Shown here in pieces: positions 10,572-18,783 of a stretch of 64,000 nt of DNA. Position 1 is the stretch's first letter. Each line of letters opens with the position of its first letter. The DNA is from an uncultured Methanosarcinales archaeon (GTDB lineage: Archaea > Nanobdellota > Nanobdellia > Woesearchaeales > GW2011-AR9): positions 348,875 to 412,874 of the forward strand of contig CAYFMJ010000001.1 in the NCBI GenBank assembly GCA_964344235.1. The letters run 5' to 3'. The notes beneath the pieces were generated by a model. The model saw nothing but the letters and a program-made list of their open reading frames with translations, was not told the DNA's origin and made no database searches. Both the position numbers and the translations under genes were made by a program.

Positions 10572-10841
10572 ATGAAAAGGTTGAAAGCTGTTCGGAGAAA
10601 AATTATTGTGACATTCATTTTCTCAGTGTTTGCTTCTGTAGGGTTGATTATTCATGGTGTGTTTTTTGATTTAGATTTCAGCCAAATTAAAAGATTGTCT
10701 CTTGAAGGGTTCATATTGACGTTCTTAATTGTCTTTCCGGCCCTTCTCTTACTTGAATGGATTTTTGATTTAGGGAATCATGCAGAGTTTCAACAGATTG
10801 AGAAAAGAGTTACCAAGTTAGAGAAGAAACGGTTTAAGTAA
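10572..10841 (+). CDS. Small 2-TM hypothetical protein
   Basis: 89-aa ORF with upstream AT-rich TATA-like box. Confidence 0.55.
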   Translation: MKRLKAVRRKIIVTFIFSVFASVGLIIHGVFFDLDFSQIKRLSLEGFILTFLIVFPALLLLEWIFDLGNHAEFQQIEKRVTKLEKKRFK

Positions 10842-10886
10842 AGTTTTGTCCACAAATTTTAAAAAATAGGGGCGTTCTGAGTTTTT

Positions 10887-11277
10887 ATGGTGGAATATAC
10901 AGCACTAATACGGGAACATGATCATGGTCAAACTCTTCACTTAATGGATTCTACTGTGTATGCAGGTATGGTTGCAGAAGATCTGATTGATGAGCACCAA
11001 TGTGTTGGGGAACTTACTATTGATGTTCCGCCTCAAGGTCTGGCAGGAGTTGTTTAGTGCTCTTGCGTGTGATGATAAAGAAACGTGTACTCTCGTAGAG
11101 GCTATTGAGTTTAACCCACAGCCAGGACAAGATTATGTTGTTCGGGAAGAAGCAGGGGCTGCTGTGCATATTTCGAATGAGGTTTCTGAAGTTACTGAAA
11201 TATATGGGATGGTGGTAACTATTTTGGGGTATCACTTTGGAGATGAAGAGGCAGAGGAATTGCCACAATCTTTATAA
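10887..11277 (+). pseudogene. Probable single hypothetical gene split by a +1 frameshift
   Basis: ORF from ATG 10887 stops at TAG 11055-11057; a protein-like frame continues FSALACDD... to 11277. Confidence 0.35.
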
Positions 11278-11396
11278 AAAACTCTTCAAATAAGCGCAAT
11301 ATAGCCGAAATGTATCCATTGTAGGGTGCATGGAGCTGCATGAGGCAAAAGAAAATGCAGACGAGAAGTTATTTCTTGTTTGTTGGAGATTAGAAC

Positions 11397-11999
11397 ATGA
11401 CAGAACACGAAGAATTACTCTTAGATTCGAATGAGTACCTGAAGTCAGGGATTCACATTGGTACAAAGTTTAAAACAAAATATATGGCTGATTTTATCTA
11501 TAAAACACGGCCTGACGGATTAAGTGTTTTAAACCTGAAAAAGATTGATGAGCGACTACGATTGGCAGTTAACTTTCTTGCGCAGTACGAACCAGAAGAA
11601 ATTTTGATTGTATGCAGGCGAGAAAACGGTTGGAAAGCATTGAAGAAGTTACATGAATTAACAGGAATTAAAGTTATCGCAGGACGATACCCTCCAGGAA
11701 TTTTGACAAATCCAAACTTGGAAACGTTTACGGAACCGAAAGTTATGGTTGTTTCTGATCCATGGCCGGACAAGAATGCAGTTGAGGATGCGAATAAAAT
11801 TGGAATCCCTTTAGTTGCATTATGTGATACAAACAATCAAAGTAACAGAATTGATTTAGTTGTACCATGTAACAATAAAGGAAAGAAATCGGTCGGTTTG
11901 GTATTCTATTTACTTGCTCGTGAATATATGCGTAAGAAAGCTATGTTGCGAAGTGATGAAGAAATGCCAGCAGCGATTGAAGATTTTGTTGAAGCATGA
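11397..11999 (+). CDS. rps2: 30S ribosomal protein S2 (uS2)
   Basis: GIHIG...IYKTRPDG, GRYPPG, DTNN, PCNNKG. Confidence 0.95.
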   Translation: MTEHEELLLDSNEYLKSGIHIGTKFKTKYMADFIYKTRPDGLSVLNLKKIDERLRLAVNFLAQYEPEEILIVCRRENGWKALKKLHELTGIKVIAGRYPPGILTNPNLETFTEPKVMVVSDPWPDKNAVEDANKIGIPLVALCDTNNQSNRIDLVVPCNNKGKKSVGLVFYLLAREYMRKKAMLRSDEEMPAAIEDFVEA

Positions 12000-12580
12000 G
12001 ATACGACACAGCAGTTGTCTTATCACATTTTGTCGATCCTATGGGGCAATTGACGAAGCAGTCTCAAGACAGAGTTGATGCTGGAGTGCGTTTGTTAGAT
12101 TGTGGTGATTCTTCCACACTAACTTTGTCTGGGGGAAAAGTTCAGTTTGGTGAGGGAATCCATTATGCCCATGCGGAAAGAATGAAAGCGTATGTTCTGG
12201 GAAAGGGTGCTGATCCACGTTGTGTGTATACCGAGGAACAATCTCTTGATACAGTTGGCCAGGCCATACTTACGAGGAGAGACGTTGTTGAACCCAATAG
12301 CTGGGAGAGATTTGTTGTTGTTTCAAACGATTACCATATTCCACGCGTTCAGAAGATTTTCCGGTTCGTATTTCCTCATGATTTCTTGTTACACTTTGTT
12401 GGTGTTTCCACACGCGCAGATGATGGTTACGGTCCACGGACACCCGAACGAGAAGCAGCAAGCACTACAGCATTTGAGCAAACATTTCGGGGAGTACAAC
12501 CAGGGTGTTTACCGGAGCTCATCGATTGTCTTTTGACCCGACACCCATTATATGCGGATAATCCCCTTTTCGTTGATTAA
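11996..12580 (+). CDS. YdcF/DUF218 (ElyC/SanA-like) protein
   Basis: LSGG, EEQSLDTVGQA, VSNDYHIPR motifs. Confidence 0.8.
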   Translation: MRYDTAVVLSHFVDPMGQLTKQSQDRVDAGVRLLDCGDSSTLTLSGGKVQFGEGIHYAHAERMKAYVLGKGADPRCVYTEEQSLDTVGQAILTRRDVVEPNSWERFVVVSNDYHIPRVQKIFRFVFPHDFLLHFVGVSTRADDGYGPRTPEREAASTTAFEQTFRGVQPGCLPELIDCLLTRHPLYADNPLFVD

Positions 12581-12644
12581 CGAAACTTTTCTTCTCTTTT
12601 TCTAATTCATAAGTTTTAAAAACAATTTTCTGACTAAGTAGGTA

Positions 12645-13616
12645 ATGAAAAAAGTTGTAGTGATCGGTGGTGGAACAGGAAACTTTACTGTTCTTTCTGG
12701 TTTGAAACATCATCGTGTTGATTTAAGTTCTATTGTTACCATGGCTGATGACGGCGGAAGTACCGGGATTCTTCGGGATGAGTTAGGAGTCCTTCCGCCA
12801 GGAGATGTTCGGCAGTGTTTGGTTGCGCTTTCAGATTCTAGCAGGCTAATGAGAAGCCTAATGAATTATCGTTTTGAGAATGGTGGGTTGGGCGGACATA
12901 GTTTTGGAAATATTCTGTTATCTGCGTTAGAGAAAGTTACTGGTAGTTTTGAGAAAGCGGTTGAGGAAACGGGAAGAATCCTCTCGATCCAAGGAAAAGT
13001 TATTCCAGTAACGACACATCAAGTGCGTTTGAAGATGTTGCTAGAGGATAAGAAGTTGTTAGAATCACAGATTGCTATTTTTAAGTCTGAAAAGATTCAC
13101 AATGGGTATTCTAGTTTGTATCTTGAACCACACCCAACAGCAAACCCCAAAGCTATTGATGAGATCATGGCAGCCGATTTAGTGGTGTTGGGACCAGGAG
13201 ATTTGTATTCTTCTCTTATCCCTAACTTGTTAGTGGAAGGAATTAGTAAAGCACTTCGTGAAACCAAAGCGAAGAAAGTGTTTGTGATTAATTTAATGAA
13301 CAAAAAAGGTCAGACAACGGGGTTTGCGGCAAGTAATTATTTGAAAGAAATTACACGGTTTACGGGGGTTGATGTATTTGATTATGTTGTTGTTAATACC
13401 AAGCAGCCAGAACCTGAATTGTTACAGAAATATGCACCCCAACATGAGTTAGTTGAGAATGATCTAGGGGAAGATGAACGTGTTGTTGCGTGTGAATTGT
13501 TAGGTAAACCGATTAAACATAACAAGAAGGACGCTCTTGCAGCAAGGAGGAGTCTTATTCGTCATGACCCTAAAAAACTAGCAGAGGAATTGATGAAACT
13601 AACGGAGCGCTATTGA
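12645..13616 (+). CDS. yvcK: YvcK/GlmR (UPF0052, CofD-related) protein
   Basis: GGGTG, DDGGSTG, PPGDVR, GHSFGN, GPGDLYSSLIPNL, RHDP. Confidence 0.85.
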   Translation: MKKVVVIGGGTGNFTVLSGLKHHRVDLSSIVTMADDGGSTGILRDELGVLPPGDVRQCLVALSDSSRLMRSLMNYRFENGGLGGHSFGNILLSALEKVTGSFEKAVEETGRILSIQGKVIPVTTHQVRLKMLLEDKKLLESQIAIFKSEKIHNGYSSLYLEPHPTANPKAIDEIMAADLVVLGPGDLYSSLIPNLLVEGISKALRETKAKKVFVINLMNKKGQTTGFAASNYLKEITRFTGVDVFDYVVVNTKQPEPELLQKYAPQHELVENDLGEDERVVACELLGKPIKHNKKDALAARRSLIRHDPKKLAEELMKLTERY

Positions 13617-13624
13617 GGTTTGTG

Positions 13625-14293
13625 ATGTTAATTATATTTGATTTGGATGATACGCTGATTGACACGTCGGGGAGTTATATCCCCGCCAAATTACAGCAGG
13701 CTTTACAGGAGATGATTCAGCATGGTTTAGTTGTTGATTCTGAAGAGGAGGCATATCAATTATTGTTGGGATTGAATGAAACTGCGCCGAATGGTGCAAA
13801 AGGGTTGCAGGAATTTTTGCAAGAAGTTGGAGGGCATGAAAAGTTTCTTGAAATAGGCACTGCAGCGTATTATGGGCCAAGGGTGCCGAATGTACCTTTG
13901 CAGCGGCTTCCCAGGGCAGTTGCTGTCCTAGAAAAGCTGCGGCAACAACATACGTTGGCCCTTGTTAGTTATGGTGTAAAGGAAGCACAACTCCAAAAGA
14001 TGAAGCTGGCAGGTATTTCGGGGGATTTATTCTCAACTGTTCTTTTCACAGACCAGTATGATAAGAAAGAGTGCTATCAGAAATTATGTGCTCAGTTTGG
14101 TTACCAACCAGAGAACGTGCTTGTTTGTGGCGATAAGTTTAAAACAGATCTTGCTCCCGCTATAACATTAGGAATGAAAGTAGTTCATATGTTGTGGGGG
14201 AGGGGAATTAAGGATAAGCCTCCGACAGTGCAGTCCATCCGAGATTTGTCACTATTGCCGCAACTCATTGAGGAATTGCAATGCAAGCAGTAA
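13625..14293 (+). CDS. HAD-family hydrolase
   Basis: FDLDDTL motif I, CGD...D motif IV. Confidence 0.8.
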   Translation: MLIIFDLDDTLIDTSGSYIPAKLQQALQEMIQHGLVVDSEEEAYQLLLGLNETAPNGAKGLQEFLQEVGGHEKFLEIGTAAYYGPRVPNVPLQRLPRAVAVLEKLRQQHTLALVSYGVKEAQLQKMKLAGISGDLFSTVLFTDQYDKKECYQKLCAQFGYQPENVLVCGDKFKTDLAPAITLGMKVVHMLWGRGIKDKPPTVQSIRDLSLLPQLIEELQCKQ

Positions 14294-15426
14294 TCTTAGC
14301 AGCAGGGAAGGGAACGAGAATGTTTCCGATGGCAACAGAGAAGCCAAAACCATTGATTACGGTAGCGAATAAGCCAGTGTTGATGCATAATCTCGACCAG
14401 ATGGTCGGTTTGGCTGAGGAAGCAGTGATTGTTGTTGGATACAAAAAAGATATGATTATTGAAACTCTTGGGAATGTATATCGGGGGATTCGGTTGAAGT
14501 ATGTTGTACAGGAAGAACAGAGAGGAACGGGCCATGCATTGATGTTAGCGGAAGAACATATTTCTGGGAAATTTCTGGTGTTGAATGGCGATGATTTATT
14601 TTCAAGGAGAGATATGGAAATGCTTTCACATCACGCCCACGGAATTTTAGTGCAGTATAAGGAAGATACTTCTGCATTTGGTGTTGTTGTTGTGGAAGAG
14701 GGTATTGTGAAGAATATTGTTGAGAAACCTAAAGAATTTGTGTCACATTTTGTTAACACCGGAATGTATTGTTTTACCCCCGAGGTGTTTCCTATTTTGA
14801 AATCTCTTACGCCTTCTGTTAGGGGAGAATATGAGCTAACAGATGCTGTTAAAGTATTGGTAGAACAGGGAAAAATGTGTGCTGAGGAAGTGCAAGGACA
14901 CTGGATTCCTGTTGGGTATCCGTGGCATATTTTAGAGGCAACGGAGGAGTTGTTGAAAGGAGCAAGCGGTATCTCGATTAAAGGAACGATCGGCCAGAAT
15001 GTTGCAATTCATGGTTCGCTTGACGTAGGAGAGGGAACAGAGATTAAAGATAACGTGTTTATCCAGGGGAACGTGGTTATCGGGAAGAATTGTGTTATTG
15101 AAGATGGAGTAAAACTTATTGGCAGCATTGCTCTTGGGGATAATACTGTCGTACAAGCAGGCGCAGAGTTGCGGAATGTTATTGCGGGTTCCGGAACACA
15201 AATTCAAGCGGGATGTGTTGTGTGTGATTCTGTGTTGGGAGAGGGAGCGGTGTTGAAGAGTGGCGTAAAAGTTGACAGTTCTTCTGACGGAAGCACAGTA
15301 AAAGTGCATGCAAATGGTAAAGTGTATGATTCTGGAAGAGAGCAATTAGGTGCGTTTGTAGGGGATAAGTGTACGGTTCATAGAGAGTTGCAATCAGGTG
15401 AATGTTTTAGTAAGGAAGAGGAGTAG
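14281..15426 (+). CDS. Sugar-phosphate nucleotidyltransferase with left-handed beta-helix (archaeal GlmU-like)
   Basis: ILAAGKGTRM, PKP, GTGHA, NGDD, EKP; hexapeptide repeats. Confidence 0.85.
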   Translation: MQAVILAAGKGTRMFPMATEKPKPLITVANKPVLMHNLDQMVGLAEEAVIVVGYKKDMIIETLGNVYRGIRLKYVVQEEQRGTGHALMLAEEHISGKFLVLNGDDLFSRRDMEMLSHHAHGILVQYKEDTSAFGVVVVEEGIVKNIVEKPKEFVSHFVNTGMYCFTPEVFPILKSLTPSVRGEYELTDAVKVLVEQGKMCAEEVQGHWIPVGYPWHILEATEELLKGASGISIKGTIGQNVAIHGSLDVGEGTEIKDNVFIQGNVVIGKNCVIEDGVKLIGSIALGDNTVVQAGAELRNVIAGSGTQIQAGCVVCDSVLGEGAVLKSGVKVDSSSDGSTVKVHANGKVYDSGREQLGAFVGDKCTVHRELQSGECFSKEEE

Positions 15427-15430
15427 CTCA

Positions 15431-16636
15431 ATGGATATTTATGAGCCGGCTGAAGATTCATGTTTGCTGCAGAAATTTGTGAAAGAACGAGCAGTCGGTA
15501 GAGTGTTGGATATGGGAACGGGCTCTGGGATTCAGGCGTTAACCGCAGCAGAAAGCCCTCGAGCACGGGAAGTTGTTGCGGTTGATATTAATGAGAACGC
15601 TGTTGATACGTTGCAGAAAAGAGTAACTGAGAAGCGATTGCGAAAAGTAGTTGTGCAGCAAAGTGATTTGTTTTCGAATGTTTCTGGAAAGTTTAATTTG
15701 ATTATTTTTAATCCTCCTTATTTGCCGCAAGATGAAGGGATTGAGGATGCAGCATTGTATGGGGGAAAAAATGGTTGGGAATTATCACAGAAGTTTTTCG
15801 ATGCTGTGTCGAAGCATTTAATTGGGGATGGCGGGATTCTGTTTTTATTCTCTACACTTACGGATAAGCGGAAAATTGATGAGATGTTGCAACACAGGTT
15901 GTTTGAGTTTCGTTTATTGGGTTCAGAGAAGTTAGCGTTTGAAGAATTGTATGTGTATGAAATTACAAAATCTTTGCTGTTGCGGGAGTTGGAGGGGAAA
16001 TTAGTTGAGGGTGTTTGTTATTTTGCAGAGGGAAAGCGAGGAATTATTTACACGGGACTGTATGATAAAAATAAGTTGGTGAAGTCACACTTCTCTCGTT
16101 CTAAACAGAAGGTTAAAGTCGCTGTTAAAACTGTTAAACCAGAGAGTAAGGCTGTTGGAAGAATTGAGAATGAAGTGAAATGGTTGAAGTTGCTGAATAA
16201 AAAAAACATTGGTCCCCGTTTATTGTTTTCTGGAGAAGATTATTTTGTGTATGAGTTTGTAGATGGCGTAGAGATTTTAGATTGGTTGCGTCAGGGGAGT
16301 GTTGTGAAGTTGGAGGTTCTGAGGCTGTTGCGAGATGTGCTTGAACAGTGTTTTACAATGGACTCTTTGGGAGTAAATAAGGAAGAGATGCATCATCCGC
16401 AGAAACATGTTTTGGTTACTACTGATGGCCCAGTGTTGATTGATTTTGAACGGTGTAACCAAACAGAAAAACCGCAGAATGTTACGCAGTTTGTTGAGTT
16501 TATCTGCAGAATGAAAGACGAGTTGGTGAAGAAAGACATTATTGTTGGGGTGGAAGCCCTGCGCAATCTAGCTAGGGAGTATAAGGAAGTGTATACGCGG
16601 CAAGTATTTGAAGAGATAAAGAACGTTTTCAGTTAA
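15431..16636 (+). CDS. HemK2/MTQ2-like glutamine methyltransferase fused to a C-terminal protein-kinase-like domain
   Basis: YEPAEDS, DMGTGSG, NPPY; then GKRG, VAVK, ENE, IDFE. Confidence 0.8.
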   Translation: MDIYEPAEDSCLLQKFVKERAVGRVLDMGTGSGIQALTAAESPRAREVVAVDINENAVDTLQKRVTEKRLRKVVVQQSDLFSNVSGKFNLIIFNPPYLPQDEGIEDAALYGGKNGWELSQKFFDAVSKHLIGDGGILFLFSTLTDKRKIDEMLQHRLFEFRLLGSEKLAFEELYVYEITKSLLLRELEGKLVEGVCYFAEGKRGIIYTGLYDKNKLVKSHFSRSKQKVKVAVKTVKPESKAVGRIENEVKWLKLLNKKNIGPRLLFSGEDYFVYEFVDGVEILDWLRQGSVVKLEVLRLLRDVLEQCFTMDSLGVNKEEMHHPQKHVLVTTDGPVLIDFERCNQTEKPQNVTQFVEFICRMKDELVKKDIIVGVEALRNLAREYKEVYTRQVFEEIKNVFS

Positions 16637-16638
16637 AG

Positions 16639-17739
16639 ATGGTTTCATTATCATTGTGCATGATTGTAAAGAATGAGGAGAAATTCCTAGAAGCGTGTTT
16701 GAATTCCGTTACAGAGTTAGTGGATGAAATTATTATTGTTGATACGGGAAGTACTGATGCAACGAAAGAGATCGCGCAACGGTTTACTGATAACGTGTTT
16801 GATTTTGTATGGTGTGATGATTTTTCTGCTGCACGAAATGAAAGCTTGAAGCATGCAACGGGAGAATGGGTGTTGGTGTTGGATGCGGATGAAACGATTG
16901 CGGCAGAAGATGTAGCGAAGATGAGACGTTTGATTGAGGATGCAACGGAAAATGTTGGTGGATTTGTGTTGACGCAACGGAATTATGTTCAGAATGTTGA
17001 TGATTTGAAGTTGGGTTCTTTTGGTGATGTACGTGTTAAGGGAACGGGCCAGGATGGTTTTGTTGCTGCGACGGAGGATGTGTATGGAGAGAGTAACAAT
17101 GTTGCTGGGTGGTTGCCCACGCCAATTGTGCGGTTATTTCGGCGAGAAAGTGCGCTGTTTACTGGGGTGGTACATGAAGATGTTTCTGAATCATTGGGAA
17201 GGGAGGTTGTTACTGCAGATGTCCCTATTCACCATTATGGAAAATTGAATGTGGAAACATGGAAGCGAAAAGGGGATTTATATGGTGTATTGGCAGAGAA
17301 GAAAGTTGAGGAGAAAAAGGATTATCATGCCTACTTTGAGTTGGCTCGGCAATACGTTGCAGAAAAGAAATTTGTGGAAGCCCAGGAAATGCTGGAGAAA
17401 TCAATTGCTTTGAACCGCCAATTTTGGGTATCGTGGTCGATGTTGGGGGGTGTTTATTTGTTGCAAGAGAAAATGGATGAAGCGATTGTAGCATTTGAGA
17501 ATGCGAGAAGACTCAATCCTAACGTTGTTGATGTCTATAATAATCTTGGTGTGGCGTATTCTAAACAAGGAAATTTTGGTAAAGCAATTGAGATATTTAC
17601 ATTGGGACTGAATTTAGATGCAAAACGAGCAGATATTTTCAAAAATATGGCGCTTTGTTACCAGCAGATGGGGGATGTGCAACGAGCACAGTTAGCATTC
17701 AGAAAAGCAGTTGAGTTGAATCCTGCGTATGGTAAATAG
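16639..17739 (+). CDS. GT2 glycosyltransferase with C-terminal TPR repeats
   Basis: CMIVKNEE, DTGSTD, FSAARN, LDADE, VHE, HYG; TPR-like helices. Confidence 0.85.
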   Translation: MVSLSLCMIVKNEEKFLEACLNSVTELVDEIIIVDTGSTDATKEIAQRFTDNVFDFVWCDDFSAARNESLKHATGEWVLVLDADETIAAEDVAKMRRLIEDATENVGGFVLTQRNYVQNVDDLKLGSFGDVRVKGTGQDGFVAATEDVYGESNNVAGWLPTPIVRLFRRESALFTGVVHEDVSESLGREVVTADVPIHHYGKLNVETWKRKGDLYGVLAEKKVEEKKDYHAYFELARQYVAEKKFVEAQEMLEKSIALNRQFWVSWSMLGGVYLLQEKMDEAIVAFENARRLNPNVVDVYNNLGVAYSKQGNFGKAIEIFTLGLNLDAKRADIFKNMALCYQQMGDVQRAQLAFRKAVELNPAYGK

Positions 17740-17743
17740 CCAA

Positions 17744-18397
17744 TTATTTTGTAAAAAATTCTATCTCGTCATTATGGTGGATGCCTTGTTTTAGTTCTAC
17801 TGGTCGCCAATCGTCTATAATTAATGTTGCTTGTAGCCACTCTGCTAATGCTTGGGGATTGCCGATTGTAGCAGACAGTCCAACGAGTTGTGGTTTTATC
17901 ATCGTTTTGAGAAGTGTGAGGATGATCTCTAACGTTGGACCCCTACTCGGATCGTTTAGTAAATGGATTTCATCAATAACGACGACTTTAACATCATGTA
18001 GCCAGGGAACGTGGTGCCGAAGGAGTGAATCGAATTTTTCAGTGGTAAGAATAAGTAAATCGTAGTTCTGCAAGTATTGGGAGTCAGAATCAACATCACC
18101 TGTGGCCATCGTTACTTTGAATGGTGTATTTTCAAAGAGTTGTTTGTATTCTTTGTATTTCTCATTCGCCAATGCTTTGAGCGGGACTAAGTAGATTGTT
18201 TTGCCTTTCATGAGTTTTTTTATGATTGCCATTGTTGCAACGAGTGTTTTTCCTGAAGCTGTAGGCGCACAAATCAAGAGAGATTGGTTCTCAAGTAAGC
18301 CTGCTTGCACGGCTTTTTCTTGTATTGGTGTAAGATTTGGGAATTTGTTGTAGTAGTTTGAGAAAAATGTTGGTAGTGCTAATGCGTTGAAGTTCAT
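17744..18397 (-). CDS. Single-domain DEAD/DEAH (Hel308/Ski2-like) ATPase, RecA1 domain only
   Basis: Q motif TPIQ, PTASGKT, PLKALA, IDEIH, LSAT, WRPVEL then stop. Confidence 0.75.
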   Translation of the reverse strand: MNFNALALPTFFSNYYNKFPNLTPIQEKAVQAGLLENQSLLICAPTASGKTLVATMAIIKKLMKGKTIYLVPLKALANEKYKEYKQLFENTPFKVTMATGDVDSDSQYLQNYDLLILTTEKFDSLLRHHVPWLHDVKVVVIDEIHLLNDPSRGPTLEIILTLLKTMIKPQLVGLSATIGNPQALAEWLQATLIIDDWRPVELKQGIHHNDEIEFFTK

Positions 18398-18589
18398 GGT
18401 GTTACAGTTTTGGAAGCAATGCTTTATATATTGTAGTGCTTTTTTTTCACGCAATATAGAACAAACATAGAACTTTGTTCTATATCCCTTATTCATCATT
18501 TGAAAATGATGACTCCATGAAACTGCTAAATTTTATGGTTTAGTGGTCTGAAACTGGTTTCTGGCGTTTTGTACCTCTATTTTTTGCGA

Positions 18590-18783
18590 AAGACTTATAA
18601 ACCGATTTTTGGTACTTTGATGAAGATTAACTAGACTGCCGTCGATAATTTGGCGGGTGGTGCGAGTTCATCTGTGAAATCGAAAAAGCTGGCTTCGTGG
18701 CCAACTCTTCGAAATTTTTGCGGATGAATGAGCGAGAGTCTAAAAAAACAAACATGTTCAAACACGGAGGTGTGTTTTGTAAA
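18590..18783 (+). promoter_or_regulatory. Putative promoter and structured 5' leader of S-layer gene
   Basis: GAAAGACTTATAAA (BRE/TATA-like) at ~18588-18601; 13-bp stem 18667-18679/18716-18728 with three G-U pairs on the sense strand; GGAGGTG SD before ATG. Confidence 0.45.
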
